From Zancudomyces culisetae HAW-14-8 (Eukaryota; Fungi; Kickxellomycota), in NCBI GenBank assembly GCA_052426225.1, contig JBNJNM010000011.1, forward strand, positions 1,364,001 through 1,428,000: 64,000 nt of DNA, in the 5' to 3' direction. Position 1 is the first letter of the stretch, and each line of letters begins with the position of its first letter. Below the pieces are notes generated by a model. That model had not been told where the DNA came from. It made no database searches and saw only the letters and a list, made by a program, of their open reading frames with translations. The translations under genes and the position numbers were made by a program. Positions 14,396 through 26,660 of this stretch are shown here, piece after piece.

Positions 14396-15801
14396 ATGGG
14401 ATGTGGTGGAAGCAAACAAGGCGTCGAGGAAAAAAAAGTGAATGATGAAATAGAGAACCAGCTCAAAAGGGACAAGGTTAACCTTAGAAACGAAGTGAAA
14501 ATGCTTCTTTTGGGTAGGTTCTAAAAAAAAAATCATACAAATATTATTTTTATCTATACTTTCTAACTATATATTGGGCTTTACCATTTTTTATCACAAC
14601 TATTAGCTATTCGAATTTATTTGCCCATAATTCCTAATCATGAGTCTTTTGAATATGTATACAAATGTAGGCGCTGGTGAGTCTGGGAAAAGTACCATTA
14701 TAAAACAAATGAAACTCATTCATGACAATGGTTACACTCGTGAGGAAAAAGAGTCGTTTAGGGAAATTATATACTCCAATACAATCCAATCCGCAAGAGT
14801 CCTGTTGGAGGCTATGGAAAACCTGGACATTCCATTAGGGAACAAAAACAACCAATCCCTCGTTGACATTGTGTTGGATATGCCAGCACAAATAGAATCA
14901 GATGAGTTTCCCACTGATGTTGCCGAAGCCATCAAAATATTGTGGGCAGACACAGGGGTTCAAAAGTGTTTCTCCAGATCAAACGAGTTTCAGCTTAACG
15001 ATTCTGCAAAATAGTAAGTGCTGCGTTTCATTATATTTAGTAACATCCCCCTTTTTTAACTCCCGTTGTGGATATCATCATCGACTCGATGTCATTTGAG
15101 TTTATATTACATATACTCTTCTATCCCTTTCTTTTTGAATATTTTCTGTTACTAGGTCACATCTAACTCTAATGCTTTTTTCAATTACTGATATTTGTAG
15201 TTATTTTGATTCGATTGATCGTATATCACAGCCGGGATATCTTCCAACAGATCAGGATGTCTTGAGATCTCGTGTCAAGACAACCGGTATCAATGAAACC
15301 CTTTTCAAGGTCGGAGATCTAACTTATAGGATGATTGACGTGGGGGGTCAGCGATCTGAACGAAAGAAGTGGATTCACTGCTTCGAAAATGTTACTGCCA
15401 TTATTTTCTTGGTCGCTATGAGTGAATACGACCAGGTTCTTATCGAAGATGAAACGGTTAACCGAATGCAAGAGGCACTAACCCTTTTTGACTCTATCTG
15501 CAATTCTCGTTGGTTTGCCAAGACATCTATTATCCTCTTTTTGAACAAGATTGATTTGTTCAAGCTAAAACTCACCAGATCGCCACTTTCGGACTACTTT
15601 CCTGATTTTAAAGGTGAAAATGCCTATGAGCCTGCCAGCGAATACATTCTTAAGCGCTTTGTTTCTTTAAACAAGTCTGATACCAAGCAAATTTACACCC
15701 ACTTCACTTGTGCCACAGATACCAATCAGATCAAATTTGTTATGGCAGCTGTAAATGATATTATTATCCAAACCAGCTTACGCGATGTTGGCGTGCTTTA
15801 A
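14396..15801 (+). CDS. Heterotrimeric G-protein alpha subunit, fungal group I (G-alpha-i like)
   Basis: MGCGGS lipidation N-terminus; [10 protein letters not shown]-loop, [26 protein letters not shown]; two introns. Confidence 0.97.
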
Positions 15802-16758
15802 TTTTGCCCCCACTCTCCCTCCCACACCCTCTCTCTCATTTTACTTCTTTTCTTTTTTTCTTTTTTTGTATTAGTAAATTTATTGACTCAACATAGCCTT
15901 GATGGTATGTCACCATCCATCCAATCTTCCCAAAAGGAGGGGAAAAAAGAAGAAGAAATGAAAATCAAGATAACAATGTAAGAGGTATATGACTCTTTTT
16001 TTTCTCCTTTCTATATATAATGTTCATTTTTAGCTGTTTTCTTTCTTTTTTTAGATCTGACTATCCTATTAGATCTGACTGTCTCTTTATTTGGAATTAT
16101 AATTTTCTCTCCCTTTACTCCTGAAATATACATTATTCACACGAGTTTAGCATCATAAAACAGCAAAGTTAAGTGAAGCATGAATGGTTGTGTTATTGAG
16201 GTTAGTTTAGGTGATTATTATATTTGTTGTGATTTCCCTGTCGCTATCGCAGATGTTATTTTTTCTGAGGCTAAGCTTGCTTACAAGTTATGTGGCTTTG
16301 CAATATTTGTCGATACCCTCTCTTTCTGTGAAGAAAGGAGGAAGGATTCTTGGGTTTGTAATAAAAAGCGTAGCCTTGATGTTAAACACCCGTTGAAAGA
16401 GATGCGTTGGAACGTACTTCATTTTATAAAAATAATAGCATCGCGGTACTCTCTATTTCTACTCCAATTTTCAAAACCCTGTACCCCAACTCTAGTAACA
16501 ATTTGAATGAGCGCTTTAATTTTATCTTGCTAATTTTACTAACTCTCTACTTGAACATGTAATGCTCATCTTGCATGGATATGCTGAAGCCCAAAATTAT
16601 AGGCCTTGTGGTGGCACATGTCTTATAAAAACAGTTACTCTTACCCTTTATTAAAAGAAATTATGTCCCACCCATTTCTCATGCTCTCAGTAAAAAGAAA
16701 GTCATTAAAAGATATCGCTATAGAAACAAAAATATATGCTTCCTATTAAGATAAAGTT

Positions 16759-17628
16759 TTACTTGCGATGGGTCAGGGTTGCAGATGCTTGACCATGTGG
16801 AAATACTGTCATTGTTGCTATTTCCACATGTTTTGGTCGGGAGGTCGAAAAAAGTACCAGTTCTGCAATATCTTGAGCTTTAAGGGGCTCGATCCCGCGG
16901 TATACATCCTTTGCTTTGGCTTCATCCCCCCGAAATCTTACCACTGAAAATTCAGTTTCTACCATACCTGGGTTTATCTCTGTTATTCTGACATCGGTAT
17001 CTATGAGTTCACATCTCAGCGATTGTGTAATAGCTCGAACTGCATGCTTTGAAGCACAGTATATCGATCCATTAGGATATGCATTTTCCCCCGCAATTGA
17101 TCCAATATTAACAATATGGCCTTGTGTTCTTTTTAGCGTCGGAAGTATTGCCTGCGTAACGTATACCAACCCCTTAACATTCGTATCTATCATCGTATCT
17201 ATATCTTCCACCTTTGTGTCTACTAGCTTATCCAATCCGATAACCAATCCTGCATTGTTTACCAGGATGTCTACATCCTTAAAGTCTTTGGGTAAAGCAG
17301 AAACAGCCTTGTCGATTTGCGATTTGTTGCGTACATCCAACTCCGTATATATAACTTTTATGCTCGGGTATTTGCTTTTTATGTCATTGGATATCGCCTC
17401 AAGCCTTTCAATCCTTCTCCCTGAAATAATCAAATTAGCACCGGCATGTGCATAATTGTATGCGCATGCCTGTCCGATCCCTGAGGTGGCACCTGTTATG
17501 AAAACGTTTTTGTTTCTTAATCTACTATATAGTGAGAAGGTGTCAGTCGAGTAGTGTTTAATTACAGTGTCACATCTAATCTTGTTTATGAATCTTCTTT
17601 GAATTCCTTTCCATAGCATTCCTTGCAT
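16759..17628 (-). CDS. Short-chain dehydrogenase/reductase, YdfG/YMR226C-like NADP-dependent 3-hydroxy acid dehydrogenase
   Basis: TGATSGIG, NNAG, YCASK catalytic motif and PGMVETEFSVVRF; intronless. Confidence 0.9.
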   Translation of the reverse strand: MQGMLWKGIQRRFINKIRCDTVIKHYSTDTFSLYSRLRNKNVFITGATSGIGQACAYNYAHAGANLIISGRRIERLEAISNDIKSKYPSIKVIYTELDVRNKSQIDKAVSALPKDFKDVDILVNNAGLVIGLDKLVDTKVEDIDTMIDTNVKGLVYVTQAILPTLKRTQGHIVNIGSIAGENAYPNGSIYCASKHAVRAITQSLRCELIDTDVRITEINPGMVETEFSVVRFRGDEAKAKDVYRGIEPLKAQDIAELVLFSTSRPKHVEIATMTVFPHGQASATLTHRK

Positions 17629-19474
17629 TTTTTTGGCTAAATCGATTTGTTGTTCTACTCTTTTTGCAATTGTTCAAAGTTACAGGAGTTGCAATAACAA
17701 ATACACAATAATATCGAATTTATGTAACTAAACACAACCCTACTAAATTACCATTAAAAGCATGCAAATCCCCAGCAGACTTGATTTTTGAAACAATCTT
17801 TTATTCGGTAATTTGCTGAGATGTATTTCGCAAATTTCACAAGCTTTTGAATCTTTCAAAACCAGAATAGGCGAAAAAAAGAAACTTTGATGTTATAACA
17901 GCTACTAGTGTACAAATTGCAGTATCTGTTTTTTAGTATATTAGTACACTGTAAGTGTACAATACCATCTAAAGTACAGCTGATAGACATATCTATCATT
18001 TAAAATTGCTGACCGATCGCTTGATGATTTAAAAAAGGTCGACATATCAGAACTAAAAGTGCTACCAAACTCTTTCTGCGTTGTAGTCTAAACTCGGCAT
18101 CCACAATAGTATATCATATACCTGAAGTACTAAAAGATTTATCTTTTCGGTGCCTTATTATTTTATTTATGAAGCATAACATCGCAGTAATCTCCAGCAA
18201 ATGAGTGAACGTAAAGAAAAGCATCACTTTGATACCTATAGGCAAAGTGCTACATCTGAAGCCTCCCGATAAATTTTTGGCTTGTGAATTGTTTCTGCGT
18301 TAACTCAAATTCTTTATACAATAACACCATCCATCCTTTTTGTCTTACCATAGTAGTGAAGGCTTAAAAGTAATGTATCTAAAGGCGGATACACATGGGT
18401 GCCTGCATAGTATTCTAATGATACTTTTCTGGTATGGCCGCACCAATTTAAAGTATGTGGAGGGTGTAGGAAGTAGAGGAATGCTAGGGGAAGGGTAAGA
18501 GTCGCTTCAATTTTAGACAGGGGAGTGGAAAAGTGTACATGGCGATGAAATGATTATCCTAACCATTAATGCTCGCATCACCCACCAATCTTGTTTTTGT
18601 TATTTTTGCATTTTTTTATGGCAGAAGTGGCTTAACTTTTCTTTTCGAGAAAAAGAGCGGAGGTATTACGAGTGCACGTTCATATGGCTCATTCGAGACA
18701 TCAGATTAAACGCTGGCCAAGCATTTCACCACTTGCGGTGCAAGGGGCGGAAAAATCATGAGGTTTTCATATGTCAACTTTTTTGCTCGGGACGGGATCT
18801 GCTTGTTTCTTGTGCTGGAGCTACCATCTTTGCGAGCCAATAACCGGGCGAGTTGCCCATGTATATACACATCTCAGTCCCCAATAGCACAGGATAGCTA
18901 GTCACTTTGTTGGATAGTGTGCCTAGACCACTTAATTTTTTCTTAATGACGGCAGAAAATGCGGAGCCTGAATTAAATTAAACCAAGATGGATGGTCAGT
19001 AGAGGAATAGCATGTGGTTTTCGGAGAATGAGTACAAGATAAAGTTCATGTGTCTTGTTTGTGATGAAAATCGTGCTCTGCTTGCCCCCTTCCCAATAAT
19101 AAAGGAAAAAAAATAATCTAATTATGCCATTTGCTGAAATCTCATTTACCTCCACACTCTCAATGGGTCTGGTAAACAATTACACAAAGTTTAAGTAAAA
19201 CCTCAGTTATGCAGTACTGTCTCCACCAACGGCTATTGTTTTTTTTACTCGTAACGCTTTACAAATAAAATACAACTCAGCTTTTTCTGTGTTTATACTG
19301 GTGGTTAGAAAATGCATATTACCTTAAAGCAAAAACATGAGTGGTTTGGATAACAACTTGGACAAATTCAGAAAGTTCAGAAAAACACAAACGAACATAC
19401 AATGTATAGTTACTATTTATGAACTCTGGGTTGAACTTGCGACAAATACAGCCTGATCGCTCTGGGAACCAGTT

Positions 19475-19501
19475 CTCCTCCTCTCCTCCTCTCCTCCTCT
19501 C
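19475..19501. repeat. Short pyrimidine tandem repeat, (CTCCTCCT) about 3 copies
   Basis: ctcctcctctcctcctctcctcctctc is directly visible. Confidence 0.8.
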
Positions 19502-20545
19502 TTTTCCCTTTTTTTCAAGAAATGGGCCTATACCACAAGTGCTATTTGTTTGATTTTGCAGATTGCATTTCTACCACAAAAATTGCTTTTATTTGCAAAG
19601 ATGTGATTGAAAAGAACATATAATATTGAAAACCTCGTCTGGTTTGCATGCAAAAAGGGAGCTAGAGTTGTTGTTGATTACATAGAACGCTCCAAAACCG
19701 CATAAAATTTTGAAAACTATTGTGCCAACAAAATACTATCTTACATGAAAAGGAGAGGATAAAACATAATCTGTTTTGTAAACACATAGCAAAAGAAGTA
19801 CTACAGCCAAATTGAAAAAGAACCCATTTGAAGTGTCTTCCAATAGTTTGTCAGACTTCAATGCTTTGGTATTTAAAGTACCTAATAGGGCAGGTGGGCT
19901 TGGAGGCCGGGCCTCAACACAAAATATACGTTTCACTAAACAGAGTATGATCTCTCAGATCCAGGTAACCAATGCTATTTGAGACTTTATAGCTTTTATT
20001 TCCAATACGCAAATATTCCTATTTCTTCTCGTATCATTTTTCCCGTTTCAAGGCAAATATACTACAAGTTCAGCTCATTAGTAAATATTTTGTCATCACG
20101 GCCGTCTTCAAGGCGAAAAAAAGAAAAGAGGAAGCAAAATAGAAAAATAGAACGAAACGAAGTTGGAGAATTGAAAAATATATAACTTTATTTGTATAGC
20201 GTACTTTAATCGAGGTTTCTCTAGAAGTACACAGGAAAACAATAGGTTGAAAAAATACAAGAAAATAAAAGGCTGTAACAAACAAAAGGGAAATAAAGTG
20301 CCAGGTCATATGTTATATATCTTTGATTAAGACGCATTAGTTTAGAAGTTCAACAAAAGTACATTTGGTCTTTCCTAATTAGTTATTACTTTTGCCTTTT
20401 TTGCGCCTAAAGAAGTAACAAATACAGAGGAAGAGAATCGAGCTAGATGCGCTTGTAGCTGTCCTTTTTCATCTAAGATAAAGGGAATCCGTATTATGAG
20501 GCGATCGATATATGTAAAAATATTGTATTATAACTCTTTGGCACT

Positions 20546-22711
20546 ATGTTCTCATTAGTAAGTTCAATTTTTAAGAAAAAGAGGAAGGAAAAGCCCGGAT
20601 TAAAGGCAGAGCCGAGAGATAACACAGTATCTCCCATGGAAAGTGTGTCTCACCCCAATCGATTTTATGTAACAAATTCCTCAAGCACAAATACAGATGT
20701 AGAGTATACTAACAACAAAGCAATGAAAAGCGGAAATGATGAAACCTCGCGAAATATTAATTATAAGGAATCGGGTAATGTTTATAGATATAAAGATACC
20801 CATATTGTGAACAAAATAGATGAATATGGTAGTGAAGGTAGTGATACGGTAGATACCTTATCAAGCACTGATAGCGATTTATATCCATTGGATGATAAAG
20901 ATGGCCACGTAATAGTTAGGGAGGGAACAGACTTCACAAAGAGATATTACATAGAGAAACTCTTAGGTCAAGGAACGTTTGGAAGAGTAATGAAGTGCTA
21001 TGATAGAAAATTGAAGCGACACGTTGCAATCAAAGTGATCAGAGCGGTGCAAAAATATAGAGATGCTGCAGAAATCGAAATAAGAGTGTTAAAAACCTTG
21101 GAAAGCTATGATAAGGAAAACAAGTATCAATGCATTAAGCTAGATGGTTGGTTTGACTACAAAAATCACATATGCATGGTTTTCGAACTCTTGGGGCCTA
21201 GTGTATTTGATTTCCTAAAATTCAATTCATTCAGGCCATTTTCAATTAATCAAGTCCAAGAAATAGCAAGGCAGTTACTGAGAAGTGTAGCGTATATGCA
21301 CTGTTTAAACATGATACATACTGATCTGAAGCCCGAAAACATATTGTTAATAAATAGTGACTATGAGACTCTAGAAATAGGCCCAAAAAAAACCATAAAA
21401 ACAAAAATACTCAAGTCCACCAAGGTATCCTTAATAGATTTTGGGAGTACAACATTTGATAACGAATATCACTCAAAAGTGGTATCCACAAGGCATTACA
21501 GGGCACCAGAAATTATACTTGAACATGGCTGGACATTTCCTTGCGATATCTGGTCAATTGGGTGTATAATTGTTGAGCTCTTGGTTGGCGATGCGTTATT
21601 CCAGACGCATGAAAACTTAGAACACCTGGCAATGATGGAAGTTTTGCTTGGACCTATTCCGAAATATATGATATTTAAGACCAAAGATTCAGTGAAGACA
21701 GAGTTTTTCCGGCATGGAATACTAAACTACCCCACTGGAGAAACTAGTCAAAAATCAATGCAAAGGGTGCGACAGATGCTACCACTGGAAAAACTGATTG
21801 ATCCAGGTGCCAGTGTAGTACAGGAGTACTTGTATGATTTACTTGAAAAAATGCTTAGATATGATCCAAACAGACGAATCACTGCGGCTGAAGCATTATG
21901 TCATAAGTTTTTCTCACTAAAAATAGGCCAAGTTTGCGACAAGAGAGACAAGTTCAATAGCCTGTCAAATAAAAACGACTACGAAATCCTAAATAAAGTA
22001 CGGGATAACTACAATAATAGTATTGGTAGTTATAGTTGTAGTAGAAACGTGTATAGCATGGGTCCTATACTAATGCAGAGCGATTTTAGGCTAAAGTCGG
22101 TTAAAAATGACCGAAACCTGCCTGTTGGTGCGATAAATGAATCAACAGAAAATCACGAGCAAGTTCGAGAAATAAACGATAGCAAAGGCTGCGGCAATGA
22201 TAGCAAACTAACAGCAATAGCAAACAAGAACACCGGTTTGGAGGAAAATGAATCTAAGAAGTACGACTTAGCTACTGGCGTTGATAATCTTAGGTTGGTT
22301 GACACATCTGGAGGAGATCCTATATCCAACTTTGACTCTGGCTCAAAACAAGACACTAAAGACGAATGTAAAGCTGCGGATAGTAGTGTTGAAAACGTTA
22401 CAGAGCTTGATTCATTCGATAGTAACAAAACCAGAACAGAGAGGTTTGACTCGGTCGATACGATATATGGAGTTGATTTTGAGGTGGGCCCCTTGGGTAC
22501 AAAAGAAAAAAACAAAGTGAATGATGCTACCATTATTTCTAATTACTGTGATAGTGTCGAAAACCTTACAAAACAAAAGCCCAGGGCCACACAACTGCAA
22601 ATAAACACAAAAAATAGGAGTAACCGCGAAGAGAGTCATAACCAAGACTCAGCAGCAGAAAGCAGTACTGCGGTATTCAACAAGCATGGGATAGAAGGAA
22701 TTTACTTTTAG
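20546..22711 (+). CDS. LAMMER/CLK-family dual-specificity protein kinase (Kns1/Lkh1-like)
   Basis: LGQGTFGRV, HTDLKPENIL, DFGS, VSTRHYRAPE and the signature EHLAMMEVLLG. Confidence 0.96.
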   Translation: MFSLVSSIFKKKRKEKPGLKAEPRDNTVSPMESVSHPNRFYVTNSSSTNTDVEYTNNKAMKSGNDETSRNINYKESGNVYRYKDTHIVNKIDEYGSEGSDTVDTLSSTDSDLYPLDDKDGHVIVREGTDFTKRYYIEKLLGQGTFGRVMKCYDRKLKRHVAIKVIRAVQKYRDAAEIEIRVLKTLESYDKENKYQCIKLDGWFDYKNHICMVFELLGPSVFDFLKFNSFRPFSINQVQEIARQLLRSVAYMHCLNMIHTDLKPENILLINSDYETLEIGPKKTIKTKILKSTKVSLIDFGSTTFDNEYHSKVVSTRHYRAPEIILEHGWTFPCDIWSIGCIIVELLVGDALFQTHENLEHLAMMEVLLGPIPKYMIFKTKDSVKTEFFRHGILNYPTGETSQKSMQRVRQMLPLEKLIDPGASVVQEYLYDLLEKMLRYDPNRRITAAEALCHKFFSLKIGQVCDKRDKFNSLSNKNDYEILNKVRDNYNNSIGSYSCSRNVYSMGPILMQSDFRLKSVKNDRNLPVGAINESTENHEQVREINDSKGCGNDSKLTAIANKNTGLEENESKKYDLATGVDNLRLVDTSGGDPISNFDSGSKQDTKDECKAADSSVENVTELDSFDSNKTRTERFDSVDTIYGVDFEVGPLGTKEKNKVNDATIISNYCDSVENLTKQKPRATQLQINTKNRSNREESHNQDSAAESSTAVFNKHGIEGIYF

Positions 22712-23683
22712 TGCGAAGCAAGTATTATTAAAAAAAATAGTTTAGTATTCTATGAATGTGAGGGTTATCCCTATATATTGTTGTATACATGGTGCGGATA
22801 TGATAAATATATAGATGTGTATTTAGGCTCAGTTATTGTCGTAATTGTTGCATATCTCAACTGCATATCAAGGCTTTAACTTTTTACTGAGTAATTTTAG
22901 AAAGATTTTACAACTCTTGTAACACTGGCCAAAATGCCAATTTATATTGTTTATATTCCTATTTTTTTGTTACGCCTTTTTTGCCTTTCATTTTGTTTTT
23001 TTTTGCCCTTTTTTTTTGTCATGTATCTATTATAATATTAGTGTCTTTACAAGTTTATAAACTATGTATTTAGCAGTACCTTCGTCATGAGCTATTTTTT
23101 ATTCTACTGGTTATATGCAGCATTTTTGTCATACCAACTTGTATCTTTAGTTTAGGTTTTTGCAAAATACAGATCAGATAAAAGCTCGGGTTGCAGTAGG
23201 AGTAAAGATCAGATTGAGTAGAGAGTCGCATTAACCCTCATATGCAAAAAAGGTGTATAATTTATAAGTTATATATGGTTAATGGTTAGTGGTTAATGAT
23301 GAATATACAGGTAATTTTGTGTCTGTTTCCTATACTGAGGTTTATGTCATCCACATTTGTCTTTGCTGTGTGGTTAAGACAGGCTCATCCTCCAATACTT
23401 CGTAAAAACAAAAAAGCAAAAAAAAAGATGGAAGGTAGTGGGGAAAAGGATAATATCAGAATAAACAGTGCCGATCAGTATGCGGTAGGTGAGGAATATA
23501 ATACAGTTAGTATCCGAATAAATAGCCAAAGCTCCACTTTTTCCATATTGCATTAGTCTTTGTTATCAATAAATGTGATTTATATGAGACTGTAGTTATT
23601 TTTTTACTAATGAAAATACTCGAATTGCTAAAAGCGATTTTAGGGGAGGAAAAAGAATGTATATCCCAACAAGAAACAAGAAA

Positions 23684-25558
23684 CTACGTGTCACACTCCC
23701 ATTTAGAACGATTAACCTCAGAACCATAATAGACTAAAAGTTCTTCTCCCGCTTTTATTAACCTAGTGGTAAAGCAAATTATTTGGTTGACAACCATCCC
23801 TTCAAGAAAGCTGATGTTGCAATCGGAAATATTGCCACCTTCATTCATAAAATGGTATGGGCAAAACAAGGGTCCGTTTGGATCAGTAAACGGCAGTCCA
23901 TTGTCGTCAGTGGCATCAAGAACCGTTTTTCGATACATTATCGAGTAACTAGATGCTAATCCTATGTGATCTTTTGCAAGATCATACTCATTCTCATCAA
24001 TTGGAACACCAAAATAAAATCCCAAGGGTACCCCTGCTGGAAGGTCACGAACTGCAAAGAGCCCATTTCCAGCATTTGGAATGTTTGATGCGCTTACTCT
24101 TACTATGTCTTGCCAACAAGAGGGAATAGGTAAACATGTTTTTGGTTCAACAAAGTCTCTCTGGATTTCAGCTGCACCATCACCGGGTATTTCAACACCG
24201 TTGTCCACATCAACTAGTAGCGGTAACTCGTTCGCATCATGCTTATTTTTACTCAAAGAGTTTTGAAAAGATACAGGTAAAGATGGGGTTTTGTGTGAAC
24301 CTGTGGATGATAAACCCTTATGCTCTATGTTGAAATCCACTTCGACATCATCGGTATTTCCCGCCGAAACCGCACCTTTATTCGAAATCACCTTTTTATC
24401 CCTCTGCAAATATGACTCAGAATGGGATTCCCCACTCTTTTGTATCCTCACAGAGCATACAGCATTGGTATCAGTTTTAATTAAGTTCAACTCATCTACG
24501 GTACTAACTGCGGTACTTGCATCAAGTTTCCTATTCAAGTATACTCGAATCGACTCTACCTCCTCGGAGCTTCTAATAATATCAATATTTAGTTAGCCTG
24601 AAAACTAGCACGTGGTTATACATCAGTAATTCTAAGACTAGAGAAAAAAAAACAGAAAAGCTATAATCGGCTTACTTGCTTGGTGGCTTATCCTTGAATG
24701 CAAGGGGTATGTTGTCATGATCGCTACCAAAACAGACAGGCCAATCGACCTCAATTAGCGTTTTCATCCATGCGTTGTAGTTTCCAACCGAGCTGTTAAA
24801 GTCACCAGGGCTATACGACAAGGAATACATGTATTGCTTCGAGCCCTCCGGCCTAGTTCTAATAAAATACAAGTCAAGATTGAATGTCAAGACTGAGCTG
24901 GCACTGTTCTGTGGTGTCTATTATATAAATATTATGAAGGGGATAAAATATATTATAAAACAAGACAGGTAAATGTTGCAAAAACACGAATACCAGAGTA
25001 TAAATCAAGATAGCGGATAAGAATTTTGATTTAATTTGTCATATGTATCTAATACTGACTTTACAATCTCACCTTTCCTGAAAATGCTCTGGTGATTCCC
25101 AGATCACTGCTCATTTTTTTGTCCAACGCGATTGCACGGTTAATTATCTCTTTCCTAGACGCAGTGCTGTTTTCGCTTTTCTTTAGCGCCAAGTAAATCA
25201 AATAGCTTTGATTATACCACCTAGGCCTCTCCTTTCGTTTCGCATATATATTTTCCAGGGTATCGCGTTGTTTAGCGCTCGAATAATCTATTAAGGATTT
25301 TTCTTCTGCACTTTCTTTTGTTTTTTGAATACTATATTCAGCAGTTTTTACCATTACACCACCACTCACTTCTATAATCGCACCCCTTTTTCCAGATACT
25401 TTTTTCTTCTTATTTTTTCCCCTTTTTTCCGGAAGCATCGACAGTTCAAGGTATTCATCAAGATACTCTAACGCAAATTCACCCAGTAAATTTCCACCGT
25501 CTCCTATTATCCTAGTCTCTCGTGTTCTTTTCGATCTTTGTTGTTCCATTCCCAACAT
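23684..25558 (-). CDS. Predicted winged-HTH (HARE-HTH-like) plus C-terminal PR/SET-like domain protein, about 538 aa
   Basis: Exons 25558-25073, 24917-24676 and 24572-23684 join in frame through GT-AG introns. HTH-like segment LIYLALKK..ASRKEIINRAI..FSGK|TPQNSASSVLT..YF. SET motifs SNIPNAGNGLFA, YFG, HFMNE and IKAGEELLVYYG. The start codon could also be 25549. Confidence 0.85.
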
Positions 25559-26660
25559 TCCTATGTCTAAATCCAAGTGCAATTTGTTTTAAAAAGTCAA
25601 AATATAGTGAACATAAAAATATTTACATAGTCGCTAAGCCGCCTTTTGATATTTCAAATACACGCGTTAATGTCTTTTTCGTTTTTTTTTAAAGCTCCAT
25701 GCCGCGAAGTATTTCCATTAAAAATTGGAAGAAACGCTTCACTTTACACATATGATTGGTTGTACAAAAATTTTTTGCGGATTTTCGCGATTTTGGTTTA
25801 ATTTTCGACAAATGAAATTTAACTTTAGGGTTCAATTTAAACAACATGCTCATTTTCAGATCAGAAAACATAAGTTTGTCCATTTTAGACTCATTATAAC
25901 AGATACAGCCCGCATACAGGGAAGTATTAAACGAGGAAAACACAATCCAGAGAAAGATGGGATGGTTCTAATAAACTCAACTATCCACTTATTTTTCTTG
26001 CAAGCAAATCGGGAAACAGACAAAGCATAAGCACTGGAGGAGCAGTTATTGTTTTTTATCTTTGATGTAGTGCATAAATGTGCACATCTAGCACCATTAA
26101 AGTATATGTGGTATACAGCGTATTTACTTAGCCAGGATTTCTTCTAACCCCCAACAAATATCTTTGTGTAAGCATCACAAAAAAAACGAAATCAAATAAA
26201 CTGCATGCCTTGCCATGTTTTTAAGTGCATTGCATGTTGATTATTTCTGGTACACTGCATAAAACAATGCATTTATGTGATATATACTTGGTAAATCCAT
26301 CAACAAAAAAAATATAAAAAAATACAGCCCCAGGCCCCCCAGCCGAATTAATATCATGGGTACATGTATACTTGTTTCGGTCTGGCGCACCACTAGTGCA
26401 TATAAAATATAGACTACCAGCCTTCTCTAAACCATCATAGGCTATTCATAGCCTTAACCCATCCCAATGGTCAACGACATTACTGGCTGTTTAATCAAGC
26501 TAAAAAATAAAAATAAAATAAAATAAAAATCGTGTTAATTTGTTTAATAAACCTATATCTGCAATTTTTTTCATCCTGATAGACAAGAGTTTCGTTTCTT
26601 TACTCATTTTGAAAACTCCGACAAAGTACGCAATAAGAGTGAAAATAAAATAAAACAGAA

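Noticed and set aside
16051-16080. Direct repeat TTAGATCTGACT x2
   Set aside because: Only two adjacent copies in a probable 3' UTR; a simple local duplication, not CRISPR-like.
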